This document shows positions 1 through 10,384 of a stretch of DNA of 64,000 nt, one piece after another. The notes beneath the pieces are model-generated. The model was not told the origin of the DNA. It saw only the letters and a list, made by a program, of their open reading frames with translations, and ran no database searches. A program made the translations under genes and the position numbers. Source of the DNA: Candidatus Latescibacterota bacterium (GTDB lineage: Bacteria; Latescibacterota; UBA2968; UBA8231); contig CBDCXV010000010.1 in assembly GCA_965223905.1 (NCBI GenBank), positions 352,001 through 416,000 of the forward strand, written 5' to 3'. Position 1 is the first letter of the stretch, and each line of letters begins with the position of its first letter.

Positions 1-62
1 TGCGCCGTAGATTGGAATCGACCTGTAAAGATGCAGGTGTGCCGTTACCGGAGATCCGCTGA
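1..62 (+). CDS. 3' end of a paralog of the secreted Cys-repeat protein at 38957-39997 (runs off the window)
   Basis: Reads RRRLESTCKDAGVPLPEIR*; positions 2-104 are near-identical to 39937-40039. Confidence 0.8.
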   Translation, partial: RRRLESTCKDAGVPLPEIR

Positions 63-256
63 CAATTAAAGTGACATCCAGCACGTAGAAGGGTGTACGC
101 CTTGCTCGTAAAGCCGGCGGAATTTCTCAGCGAAGCGGCGCTCACCTTCTCAGTCCTCCTTTAAGCGATACCAGCTCTGCGATCCCGCTTCAAATCCTCT
201 TTCGTCATTAGCGGTTTAGGCGGCTCTTTTGTAGGATCGGCACAGTGACGAAAAAA

Positions 257-1812
257 GGGTGTAGCCGCGTTTTTACGCAGCCATGGTGTAGGGTTGCGAG
301 GTGGTTTTTTTAAGGTACCAGTTCCAGAAGGCCTCCCATCGTTTCGATTGAACGTGGACTCGCAGGTTGAGAATCTGCTGTCCGCCCTCGCGCCTCCAGC
401 GCATGCCGCTGCGTTTGAGTCGATGGCCGACCAGAGTCTTGGCGGCCGCCTCCACGGGACCGCTGGAGAGGATCAAGCCCGAAGCGTGATAGCCAGCGTA
501 GTCCATTTTATCCCGGTTGTTGCGGAAGTAGCCCAGTTCGGTGGTCGCCTGACGATGGCGTGGTGATCCTTTTGGGAGTGTGCGGCAATGGTAGACCAGG
601 GAACGGATCAGGCCCTGAACGGCACCGGGCTCATGGCGCAGTTTGTGGCGCCATCGTCGATACCAGCGAAAAGCTTTTCCCGACCGCTTGCCGAAGAGGT
701 GCTCGGCGGCCTTCGACAGATGCTGGGCGGCGTGGTAGAAGTCGAGAATGCGGGTGAAGCCGTCGAACACCCCGTGCTCCTCCACGGTACGCCAGATCTC
801 GCGCTTGCCGTCGGCCAACACCACCCGGTGCTCATAGCTACCCTGCTGCAAGGCCCGACCTGTCTGGTTCACCAAGCCGTTGACCAAAGTTTCCATTTTC
901 GCCTCCGGCATGCGCGCGGCATAGCGCACGTCGACGCGTTGGGGCTCTTCCCTGTCGGGATTCAGCGGCGTCAGGTAGGTGGCGACCATGCCCACCCCCG
1001 CCTCTTTCCAGGCCGTGGGGGCGCTGTCGGTTTCGCTGTCCATCGGTCGTTCGGCGGGCCGTCCGCGCTTGGGTGCCGGTTCCCGCAGGGGCACGGTAAC
1101 CCCGTCCCAACTGACCACCAGGGTGTCGCCTTCGGGATCCAGTGGCGCCGCTGCTTGCAAGGCCAGCTCGAGTTGTTCGGCGTGATCCTCCGCATACTGC
1201 CCTACAGTCGTCAACAGGTATTGAATGGCGGTGCGCGAGGGCGGCTCGGGCAGCAGCTCCCCCAAGCAGTCCCGGACCTCGGCAGGGACCATGCCGGCGC
1301 CCAGAAACGCCGTCAGGCGCTCCAGTTCCGGCACCATGAATCGCTTGACCATGCCGCAGCGCTCGTCCAGAGGCACCCGACTCGGTCCGCCGCGATCGGG
1401 CTGATACAGCCGCCGCGCCACCACAACCTTGCCCCACAGGGTCATCCACTCCTTGTCGACCACCTGCTTGAATCGGTACAACTTCCCCTGGTGTACCACG
1501 GTGTCGTCGCTCATTTCACAAGCTTGAGCCAAGCGTTGGAAGCCGCTTCGACCGATGTCGTCCAAACACGAACGAAACTCCCCCAGCATCTGGCGAAATG
1601 CATCCGGTCCTGCTTGCCCGGACTGCAGGCGATGTTCCCACTGCCGGACATTTTCCTGCAGGTTGGTCAGGCGAGCGCTCAAATCGTGCGTATCTTCCAT
1701 CTGGGACCCCTTTCCGGTTTTTGGGCTAAGTCGTTACCCCCAAAAGTACAACTCGTACCCGGACTTGGGGTCCCACTCTTGTTAAGAAATGCGTAAAATG
1801 GAGGCTACACCC
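257..1812 (-). mobile_element. ISKra4-family insertion sequence
   Basis: Imperfect 23-bp terminal IRs (GGGTGTAGCCGCGTTTTTACGCA / TGCGTAAAATGGAGGCTACACCC); 8-bp target duplication CGAAAAAA at 249-256 and 1813-1820. Confidence 0.9.
273..1700 (-). CDS. ISKra4/UPF0236-type DDE transposase
   Basis: 475 aa with WDG, ADG...IW, LDFYHA and SGPVEAA...RLKRSGMRW motifs. Confidence 0.9.
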   Translation of the reverse strand: MEDTHDLSARLTNLQENVRQWEHRLQSGQAGPDAFRQMLGEFRSCLDDIGRSGFQRLAQACEMSDDTVVHQGKLYRFKQVVDKEWMTLWGKVVVARRLYQPDRGGPSRVPLDERCGMVKRFMVPELERLTAFLGAGMVPAEVRDCLGELLPEPPSRTAIQYLLTTVGQYAEDHAEQLELALQAAAPLDPEGDTLVVSWDGVTVPLREPAPKRGRPAERPMDSETDSAPTAWKEAGVGMVATYLTPLNPDREEPQRVDVRYAARMPEAKMETLVNGLVNQTGRALQQGSYEHRVVLADGKREIWRTVEEHGVFDGFTRILDFYHAAQHLSKAAEHLFGKRSGKAFRWYRRWRHKLRHEPGAVQGLIRSLVYHCRTLPKGSPRHRQATTELGYFRNNRDKMDYAGYHASGLILSSGPVEAAAKTLVGHRLKRSGMRWRREGGQQILNLRVHVQSKRWEAFWNWYLKKTTSQPYTMAA

Positions 1813-1820
1813 CGAAAAAA

Positions 1821-2812
1821 GTATAGGTAATGAGGCACCTTTTTTGACTCTCGGTCAAGGCGCTGAGCGTACCGCAAGGGTCTGGCAACTCCCCTGAGGA
1901 TCGTTGCCAGTCCTTCGACCGAGCTCGCAGTACAGTTTGGTTGCCTGTCGGCCCGTATCCGCATCAATCCGGGGCCTGAGGGACCGTTGAGGGCACCCCC
2001 CCGCCGTACGCCCGGCGACGGCCACGGGTCGAGAAGGCAGGTCAGGCGGCGAACTCGAACGGCGGCTGCGGCGGGGGGCCTGGCAGGGGGCCAACGCCGG
2101 GGGCCGGGCCGGCAAACCGACCGCGGTCAAATAGCATCGGATCGAGGCCGGATCGGTCCGGGCGGCGATGATCCTCAGGCGCCCGCCACAGGCTTTGCAT
2201 TCGCTGAGGTCGGAGGAAAACACCCGCGCCAGCAGGGTCGCCCAGCGCAGTCGATGGCCGCAGGACGCAACGCTCGCATCGCCGTCCGCCGCCGACGGCT
2301 CGGCAACCGGCTTGGCCGCCACGATGCGCTCGCGGGCCCGGGCCCGGGGCGCCAGGACCCCGTGGTAGCGTAGGAGATGGAGCGTACGCACCCCGGTGGC
2401 CGCATCTTTCAGGACCCGGCGCAGGGCGTTGGCCGGCGCGTGCCCCGGTGGCGGTGATCCCTCGCACCGAAGCCGCGGTGAGAGCCGCCAGCACCGGCTC
2501 CTCGTCGGTGAGCGGATCCGCTGCGGTGTCGTCGAGCAGGCCGCGTTTCGTGCACCAGCGGATGATGCGGCGCGCACTCGTCTCCACGATCTGCTGAACG
2601 GCTTGGTCGGACAACGGCGGGGCCGGAACGGAAACCGGAGCGTCCTCCCCATCGACGTAGACCCCGTCGAGCATGAGCACGTGTACGTGGGGATTGAGGT
2701 TCAGGGAGGAACCGAATCTTTGGACGAAGGTCACCGAGCCCCACCGCGCGCGGTCATGGCCCATGGCCTGCGCCTGACGCCGATACCAACGGCCCACCAC
2801 GCGCAGAAACAC
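1821..2812 (-). mobile_element. IS91/ISCR-type element piece 1: ori end plus 5'-truncated transposase with ~260-bp internal deletion
   Basis: Starts GTATAGGTAATGAGGCACC; collinear with 6781-8016 except 7329-7587 is missing; keeps NPHVH (HUH), lacks the RYVARP segment. Confidence 0.9.
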
Positions 2813-3029
2813 GGGGCCAGATCGATTACACTAGCTCGCCCGAGGTGGTATCGAGCGACTTCGTCGGCAATGAGAGAAGCGGCATCGTCGACTCGGGGGC
2901 GACCATTACCCAGGGCAAGCGCTGCGTGCTGTACGTGTGGTACCCGACAACGAGTACGGCTACAGCGCCCAGGTGATCCGCATCCTGCAGCACATATCCG
3001 GTCTCGAACTGCCCTATTTCCCCAAGTAA
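2813..3029 (+). pseudogene. gap: 3' fragment of glyceraldehyde-3-phosphate dehydrogenase
   Basis: Manual translation GQIDYTSSPEVVSSDFVG...CVLYVWY/DNEYGYSAQVIRIL...FPK*; GAPDH WYDNE motif with a 2-nt shift; abuts the element piece. Confidence 0.8.
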
Positions 3030-3052
3030 TCCAATAGCTAGGACAGCTCTCC

Positions 3053-4206
3053 ATGCGAGAAAAGCGAGAAGCCAAATACCGGGTCGGCGTCATTGGCTGC
3101 GGACGGGCCGGCACCAGTCGGGCCCGGCCTTTGATGTGCACCCCTTGTGCGAGGTGGTGGCCATTGCCGATACGGATGCGGAAAATCTGGCGCTGGGTTG
3201 CCGCCGCTTCGGGGTGCCCGGCTACGCCACCTACGAGGAGATGTTGGCACGCGAGTCGATCGATATCGCCATGCCAGTGCTGCCGGTGGGAGCCAACGCC
3301 GGAGCAGTAGTGGCCGCGGCCCAGGCCGGGGTCAAGGCCATCTTTTGCGAAAAACCGCTGACGGCCCGGCTGTCCGCAGCCGACCGCATGGTGGAGAGCT
3401 GCCAGCGGCGGGGCGTGTATCTGGCCTCGGGCGTCATGGTGTCGAGCCATCCAGACTACCGCCGGGCCTGCGAGTTGGCCGCGCGCGGGGGGGGGGGGGC
3501 GATTGGCCAAGTGCAGGGCATCAATCTGTACGACGGCAACGGCCAGGGTGGCTGCCACGGTTTGAACTTGGCGCGCAAGTTCGCCGCCAGGGCGCCGGCG
3601 GAGTGGGTCGTCGGCCGGGTCGAGGGCGATCCCCATAGCGATCACGAGGAACCCTACGAGGAAGGAGCCACTGGTTTCGGCGGCGTGGGCGGGTACATTC
3701 GCTTTGACAATGGCATAGAGTGCTTCAGCAGCTTCCCGGGCCCGGCCTGGCGCGGCCTCGAGGTGGTGGGCAGCGAGGGACTGATCTGCAATTGGAACAA
3801 TACGGCCCTAGGTTTGCGCCTGTTCAAGCACAGCGGTCGAGGGGCCCCTTTGGTCGAGGTGGAAGGGGTGTTCGAGCAATACACCGAGGAGGAGAGGGGG
3901 TACGACGACGAGGGCTGGCAGGATTCCGGGCCGGTGATGCGGGCCATTGTCGAGGATATCGTCCGCGTCCTCGAAGAAGGCGGAGACTTGGCAATCACCA
4001 GCGGCGACGATTTGCGCCATGCCCTGGAGTTGGCCGTGGCCCTGCGCCAATCGCACCGGCAGGGCGGCGCCCGGGTGTCCCTGCCCTTGGCGGATCGCTC
4101 CCTGGTGATGTACCCGGAAAAGATGCGCTGGAACTACAAGAAAGACCTCATGGGTCGAGCCGCCTATATGGCGCAGATGGCGCGCCAGGTCGAGGAGGGC
4201 ACCTGA
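3053..4206 (+). CDS. Gfo/Idh/MocA oxidoreductase, frameshift near 3127
   Basis: YRVGVIGCGRAG in the first frame, FCEKP in the second. Confidence 0.8.
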
Positions 4207-4236
4207 GAAGCTCTGGCGAAAGCGGTTAGTGCATGA

Positions 4237-5307
4237 TCAGGTGGTGAGCAGCTTTGCCAGTTCGGGCAAGACATCCTCGGCAAGACCCTCGACAAACCAG
4301 TCCTGTGCATGCATGAAGGCCGGTCTTTCTGGAGCCACAACGACGATTTGGAGGGCGTTGTCACGGGCATAGTCCAGCAGACCGTTATTTGCATCCATCG
4401 ACACGCCTGCAACCAAAGCTACCTGACCTTCCTCGATCCAAGCCCAGCCCTCGTCTGAGCTTTTAAAGTACTTGGGTTCGTTTATATGCACTTTTTGGCT
4501 ACCGGCCCATTCGTGCAGCCCGTCAAAATTGCCCGTAATGATATGCTTCAGTATTCCGTGTTTCTCCAATTGTGCAAGAGCCGCATGGGCTTCGGTGGGG
4601 CTGGCTGTCATAAAGCGGGTATAGAATGTTCCAAGTACTATAGCCGTCTCACGAGGTCGGTGTATTATCCAATCGGCAACAGCACCGGGAAAACGGTAAT
4701 TGTCGATGGGGAATTGCTCCTGCAGTCCACCTTTCCCGTCAAACGCGGGAATACCTGCCGCGGCCGATAACCCAGCGCCCGTGAACGCCACTAGTGGCTT
4801 GCCCTGAATGCGACGCGCAAGTTCCGCCACGTCAACAGCCTCAGCCTGTTCAGGGGCTTGCTCTGGACTTACGGGGTAGTAGCCCCTCCTGCGTTCCGAT
4901 CGTGCCCGCAAGGAGTTCCTAAAAATGGCGGGATCGTCGTGTGAGAGTAACAAATGAGTTGCGACCGTTCCATCGCGCGTTGGTTGGGAGAAAAACTCCA
5001 ACTTAAACTCCTCCCAGACAGCTTCGAGGCGATTTTCCTGGCGCAATGTAGCAGACCACAGACCATCCATGATAGTCTGTCGCAGAGCACTAATCTCGGC
5101 AATCATCTCCTCCTGCTCGTGTTCGCAAGAATGGGCTACCAGGAGGTTTGCCAAGTCAACCTGGCCTTCGCTGGAGATAGCAAACTCGCCATAGAAGCCG
5201 AAAAATCCCGATGGTCCTCCAAAATTGAAATCCATTCCATAGAAGCCCCCAGTTTGTTCTTTGTACCACTCCAACTGCTCTGAGGTTATTTGAGTCAGCC
5301 TGATCAT
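4237..5307 (-). CDS. Atypical Sir2-family protein with an N-terminal extra domain
   Basis: FTGAGLSAAAGIPAF and IITGNFDGLH motifs. Confidence 0.75.
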   Translation of the reverse strand: MIRLTQITSEQLEWYKEQTGGFYGMDFNFGGPSGFFGFYGEFAISSEGQVDLANLLVAHSCEHEQEEMIAEISALRQTIMDGLWSATLRQENRLEAVWEEFKLEFFSQPTRDGTVATHLLLSHDDPAIFRNSLRARSERRRGYYPVSPEQAPEQAEAVDVAELARRIQGKPLVAFTGAGLSAAAGIPAFDGKGGLQEQFPIDNYRFPGAVADWIIHRPRETAIVLGTFYTRFMTASPTEAHAALAQLEKHGILKHIITGNFDGLHEWAGSQKVHINEPKYFKSSDEGWAWIEEGQVALVAGVSMDANNGLLDYARDNALQIVVVAPERPAFMHAQDWFVEGLAEDVLPELAKLLTT

Positions 5308-5451
5308 ACGCCTCCAACCTTCATGCTCGATAGCATCTATCAGTTCTCTAAGAGGGCGGACAGGGTACTTGCCTCGGGACGAGTACCGAGCTTTTCGCTA
5401 GTCGTCTGCCGGGGCCCGCGTGGAATACCGTGGCGTCCAAAGGTGCTCTAA

Positions 5452-6612
5452 TCAGTAGTCCCGCAGGGCGCCGTCGGGTCCAATCACCGGCGACCGGGTA
5501 TAGGGCACAGGCGGATAGTGCGGGAACGCTTCGTCGTTCAGTTCAATTCCAATGCCGGGAGTCTGCGGCACAATCAGGAAACCGCCCTCGCGTCGCAGTG
5601 GCATCTCGACCAGATCCCGTTTCGGGGCATCGTACTCGTCCCGCGGGTACTCCTGGATGGCGACGTTGTGGATGGCGGCGTCGAGTTGCACGCACGCCGC
5701 GGTCAGGACGCAACTCAGAGGGTTGTGCGGGGCGACTCCCACGTAGCTTGCTTCGGCAAGCGCCGCGATCTTTTTGCAATTCGTGACTCCACCGGCGAGC
5801 GACAGGTCCGGCCGGATGTACGAGGCCCCCTTGTGGGCCAGCAACTCGCGGAACTGGTAGGTGGTGTAGAGCCGCTCGCCCATGGCCACGGGCACCGGCA
5901 TATTTGCCGCGATATGGCCCCACGCGTCCATGTTCTCGGGCTCGATGGGATCCTCGAAAAAAAACAGGCCATAGGGCTCAAGGGCCTTGGCCACCTCGAT
6001 GGCCTCCGGCGGCGTGAGGCGGTTGACCACGTCGACCATGAGATCGATCTCGTCACCCACGGCGTCGCGGACCGCCTGTAGGGTAGCCGCGGCGTGCTTA
6101 GCCATGCCGCGGAACGACAGTTGTTCTAGGCTTGTGCCCTCGCCGGACGCAAAGGCCCCGAACGGATAGAGGCGCAGGGCTGTGTAGCCGGCCTCGACCA
6201 TGCTCCGGGCGTCTGCGGCCAACTCCGCCGGGGTATCGCCCTGCAGATGGGAGTACACGCGCACGCGCTCCCGCGTAGGACCGCCTAGCAGCGAATGGAC
6301 GGGTAGCTCGGCTACCTTGCCCTTGATGTCCCATAGCGCGATGTCGATTGCACCGATCGCGGCCATGGTGTCTGCGCCGCCGCGAAACACGCAGCGGCGG
6401 AACATGTGCTGCCAGTTGCGCTCAATGTGGAGGGGATCCTTGCCGATCAGGTACTCGGCGCAGTAATCCACCGCCGCAATGGGCGCAAACGACGTGCCGC
6501 TGGTGCCGCTTGCGGGGTGCAACTCGCCGACCCCCGCTATGCCCTCGTCAGTGTGCACCCGCACGTAGATAAAGCGGCTGGCCCGCAGGGTCTCGATCTT
6601 CGTGACTTTCAT
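5452..6612 (-). CDS. Mandelate racemase/galactonate dehydratase-like enolase superfamily enzyme
   Basis: AIDIALWDIKGK, FFEDP, MGER and VAPHNP motifs. Confidence 0.9.
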   Translation of the reverse strand: MKVTKIETLRASRFIYVRVHTDEGIAGVGELHPASGTSGTSFAPIAAVDYCAEYLIGKDPLHIERNWQHMFRRCVFRGGADTMAAIGAIDIALWDIKGKVAELPVHSLLGGPTRERVRVYSHLQGDTPAELAADARSMVEAGYTALRLYPFGAFASGEGTSLEQLSFRGMAKHAAATLQAVRDAVGDEIDLMVDVVNRLTPPEAIEVAKALEPYGLFFFEDPIEPENMDAWGHIAANMPVPVAMGERLYTTYQFRELLAHKGASYIRPDLSLAGGVTNCKKIAALAEASYVGVAPHNPLSCVLTAACVQLDAAIHNVAIQEYPRDEYDAPKRDLVEMPLRREGGFLIVPQTPGIGIELNDEAFPHYPPVPYTRSPVIGPDGALRDY

Positions 6613-6642
6613 ATCCGTTCTACCTATCTGCCTTCCTAAAAA

Positions 6643-6780
6643 TTAGCTCGCCTCGCGTCCCCGCAGCGCCCCACTCCCCACCATCGCGATCTCCAACGCC
6701 CTCAGCCCATCGCGGTGATCAACGGCAAAGGGTGCTCCAGCACGGCACTGGTCGATATAGTGGGCCACCTCGGCCTTGAA
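6643..6780 (-). pseudogene. 3' fragment of a probable Gfo/Idh/MocA oxidoreductase, cut by an ori end
   Basis: FKAEVAHYIDQCRAGAPFAVDHRDGLRALEIA begins exactly at the element boundary. Confidence 0.6.
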
Positions 6781-8482
6781 GTATAGGTAAAATGAGGCAC
6801 CTTTTTTGGACTCTCGGTCAAGGCGCTGAGCGTACCGCAAGGGTCTGGCAACTCCCCGGAGGATCGTTTGCCAGTCCTTCGACCGAGCTCGCAGTACAGT
6901 TTGGTTGCCTGTCGGCCCGTATCCGGATCAATTCGGGGCCTGAGGGGCCGTTGAGGGCACACCCCGCCGTACGCCCGGCGACGGCGACGGGTCGAGAAGG
7001 CAGGTCAGGCGGCGAACTCGAAAAGCGGCTCAGGCGGGGCCCTCGGCGGGGGCATCCCCGGCAGCCCTACTCCCTCCAGATAGGTCCGGATCGAGGCCGG
7101 ATCGGTCAGGGCGGCGATGATTCTCAGGCCACCGCCGCATGCCGCGCATTCGCTGAGGTCGGAGGAAAACACCCGCGCCAGCAGGGTCGCCCAGCGCAGC
7201 CGATGGGAGCAGGACGCAGCGCTCGCCGAGCCGTCCTCCGCCGACGGCTCGGCACCCGGTTGGGCCGGCACGATGCGCTCGCGGGCCCGGGCCCGGGGCG
7301 CCAGGACCCCGTGGTAGCGTAGGAGATGAAACCGGGGCGGGGGGAACCAGAGCCGCCCGCTTCTCCAGCAGTTCCATCGGAGAGAGCAGGAGAGGGCGGG
7401 TCCCATCCGACCACGGCGTTTTGAGCGCGAAGGAAAGATGGTCGGCATCGAGAACGCGCAGACGCCCCCCCGCCAGGGCCGGCCGGGCCACGTAGCGGCA
7501 CAAGCGTTCGAGCCCGCGCCGGTCAGGGCCTGCGATCCGCGTTGCCGCATGCAGGGAAAATCCGCGCGAAGCAAAGCACAAGGACGCCGTACGCACCCCG
7601 GTGGCCGCATCTTTCAGGACCCGGCGCAGGCGTTGGCCGGCGCGTGCCCCGGTGGCGGTGAGCCCTCGCACCGAAGCCGCGGTGAGAGCCGCCAGCACGG
7701 GCTCCTCGTCGGTGAACAGATCGGCGGCGGTGTCGTCGAGCAGGCCGCGTTTCGTGCACAAGCGCATGATGCGGCGCGCACTCGTCTCCACGATCTGCTG
7801 CACGGCTTGGTCGGACAACGGCGGGGCGGGAACGAAAACCGGAGCGTCCTCCCCATCGACGTAGACCCCGTCGAGCATGAGCACGTGCACGTGGGGATTG
7901 AGGTTCAGGGAGGAACCGAACCGCTGGACGAAGGTCACCGAGCCCCACCGCGCGCGGTCATGGCCCATGGCCTGCGCCTGACGTCGATACCAGCGGCCCA
8001 CCACGCGCAGAAACACCGCCAGTACGGCCGAGACCCACTCGCCGTCGTAGGCGAGGCGGTAGCGAATCTCGTACGGAAAGCTGAGCACCCACTGGCGCAC
8101 CGGCACCCGGGGCAGCACGTCGTCGACCAGGCGCGCCGCCGTATCGGCCATGCGCCGGCCGCAGCACGAGGGGCAGCACCCCCGCTTCTTGCAGGAAAAG
8201 GCTAACGGCCCGGCTCTTCCCGCAGTCCTCACAACGGGCGCGCACGAACCCGTAGGCCAGAATGCCGCATTCGAGGTAGGCCCGCAGCTCTTTGTCGACA
8301 TGGAGGGGCAGTCGGTGCTCGGCCGTTCCGGCTTGCTGGAGAAAGGTTTCCAGATGCCCGGCGAGGACCTGGTAGAGGGGCTCCTTTTCCGGTTCGCGGC
8401 GACGGTACTCGGGTGGGCGGACAGGTGTGACCGGCATGGTGCCGGCCACACAGCAATGGGCGGACCACCCGTGCTCGCGTCC
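6781..8482 (-). mobile_element. IS91/ISCR-type rolling-circle element, near-full-length reference copy (piece 2)
   Basis: No terminal IRs or target duplication; coding strand ends ...TTTACCTATAC 224 bp after the stop; right end shared with 33972-34068. Confidence 0.92.
7005..8437 (-). CDS. HUH rolling-circle transposase (IS91/ISCR family), frameshifts near 8205 and 7340
   Basis: CEDC...SCKKRGCCPSC Zn motif, NLNPHVHVL (HUH), LCRYVARP, RYHGVLAP and a C-terminal CxxC. Confidence 0.92.
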
Positions 8483-9216
8483 GCTTTGAGTCGGACAAGG
8501 GCTCGGTCACCTACTTCGACGCCTGGTTCGACGACAACCCCACCGCCAGGATGAAGCTCGGCCACGTAAAAAAGGCCGACATCGTCATCGCCAGTCACGG
8601 CCACGGCGACCACATCGGCGACTCCTATGAAATCTGCAAGCGCACCAAGGCCAAGTTCGTCGGCAACTACGAGCGCTGCGTCGTCGCTGAGGAGGTGCAC
8701 GGGCTCAAGATGGGCTCGCGCGCGCTGTCGATGAACCCCGGCGGCACGGTCAAGGTGAAAGACGCCGAAATCACGATGGTGCAGTGCCACCACTCGCAGT
8801 CGCTGTCGACCCACGTGATCGGGGCCGAGTTGCCCGCCGGCCTGCTGTTCCACCCCGACAGCGCCGTCAATGGATTTGTCATCTCCTACAACAACGGCAT
8901 CACCATTTACGACACCGCCGATACCTGCCTCTTCAGCGACATGCAGCTGATCGGCCAGATGCATGGGCCGCAAGTGATGGTCATGCCGGTGGGCGGACAG
9001 TATACGATGGGCATTCGCGAGGCGGCGAGGGCGGCGAGTCTTGTCCGCCCCGATGTCGCCATTCCCTGCCACTACGGGCCGATAATGGGGCAGCCGGCAG
9101 ATATTGGCGAGTTGAAGAAGGCGGTGAAGTTTCTCTCTCCCAATACCGAGGTGGTTGAGCTGAAGGTGGGGCAGACGTTGACCTATACGGCGAGTCGCTA
9201 CAAGGTAGGGCGCTAA
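8483..9216 (+). CDS. MBL-fold metal-dependent hydrolase (UPF0173-like), native start replaced by the element
   Basis: SHGHGDH motif; family-like sequence FESDKGSVTYFDAWFDDNP continues upstream of ATG 8551 to the element end. Confidence 0.85.
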
Positions 9217-9251
9217 AGCCACGGTAGATCTGAGGTAGCACCTAATTATTG

Positions 9252-9289
9252 AAATGGGGAAGATCTATATAGAGATCCTCCCCATTTTT
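9252..9289 (+). terminator. Intrinsic terminator-like hairpin
   Basis: AAATGGGGAAGATCT / AGATCCTCCCCATTT inverted repeat with a T-run, after the stop at 9216. Confidence 0.65.
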
Positions 9290-9475
9290 GATCAGGATCT
9301 TTGGGCCACTATCCCCTCATGTTTAGATAAATCAACAGTTTAGCTCATGTTGTACGTTCGGCGCTGGGCCAAATGTGGAATTAATCCCACATTTGCTGGA
9401 CCCACTGGCAGGGCAAGGATGCACGACGGACCCGACGCTGTCCGCATTTCGAGTCTCCTCGTGGACTAAGGTGCC

Positions 9476-10384
9476 GTGATAGGCGAAGAGCCAAAATTTT
9501 CGGTCTCGGAGGTGACAACGTATCACCTCAGCTTCCAGGAAGATCTGGCCGTCTACCGGGAAGCGGGAGCTGGCGGTATCGGGATTTGGGAGTTCAAACT
9601 CCCCGAGGGCCGCGACCGCGAATCGCTGGACCAGTTGCGCGACAGTGGCTTGCAAGCAACTTTGTGTGCCCCGGCCGTAGTCGAGGTGATTCCCAGCGAG
9701 TTCGGTGGACCGACAGATGTGGAGGAAAGAGTGGAGGCGATGTGCGCGGGGATTCGCCGATTGGCTCCGTTCAATCCCGTTGCGATCGCGTGCCTACCCG
9801 GTCCCCGCGGTCAGCTGGAGCTCAACGAAGCACTCCGCATCGCAGCTGACGGCTTGCGCAAAGCGGCACAGACGGCCGCTGAATTCGGGATTCAAATCGC
9901 CGTTGAGCCACTGCATCCCGAGGTGTTGGGTGACAAGACCATCATCACTAGCCTGGCGCAGACGATCGAGTTGATTGATCGAATTGACCAATCCAATATT
10001 GGCATCCTGTTCGATCTCTACCATCATTGGGACCAGCCCGACATTCTATCGCAAATTCGGGAGCACGTGGGCCGCTTCGGCGGTGCCATTCACATCGACG
10101 ATTGGCGTGAACCCACCCGCAGCTGGGCGGACCGAGCCTTGCCCGGTGAGGGGGCGATGGACTTGCCGGCACTCCTTGGCGCACTGGAGGCCGCCGGCTT
10201 TGACGGGTGGTACGATCTGGAGATCTTCTCCGACGACGGTACCTTCGGAGCAGATTATCCCGACTCACTCTGGAAGCTCGATCCGCTGGAGATGCTGCGG
10301 CGGGCCAAGGGTGGGTTCCTGCGTGCGTGGCAGGCACGCAAAAAGCTTGGTTCCGTTCTTCCCACGCGGGAGAATATGCAGTGA
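9476..10384 (+). CDS. Sugar phosphate isomerase/epimerase (xylose isomerase-like TIM barrel)
   Basis: AVEPLHP, FDLYH, HIDD and PGEG...LEIFS motifs. Confidence 0.85.
   Translation: MIGEEPKFSVSEVTTYHLSFQEDLAVYREAGAGGIGIWEFKLPEGRDRESLDQLRDSGLQATLCAPAVVEVIPSEFGGPTDVEERVEAMCAGIRRLAPFNPVAIACLPGPRGQLELNEALRIAADGLRKAAQTAAEFGIQIAVEPLHPEVLGDKTIITSLAQTIELIDRIDQSNIGILFDLYHHWDQPDILSQIREHVGRFGGAIHIDDWREPTRSWADRALPGEGAMDLPALLGALEAAGFDGWYDLEIFSDDGTFGADYPDSLWKLDPLEMLRRAKGGFLRAWQARKKLGSVLPTRENMQ

Noticed and set aside
3487-3499. G13 tract as a phase-variation switch
   Set aside because: The frame is open, the gene is a cytoplasmic enzyme, and homopolymer lengths look unreliable here.
7030-9222. 730-aa ORF as a giant transposase
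   Set aside because: Its N-terminal part is antisense to the MBL hydrolase; the real transposase starts at 8437 and is frameshifted.
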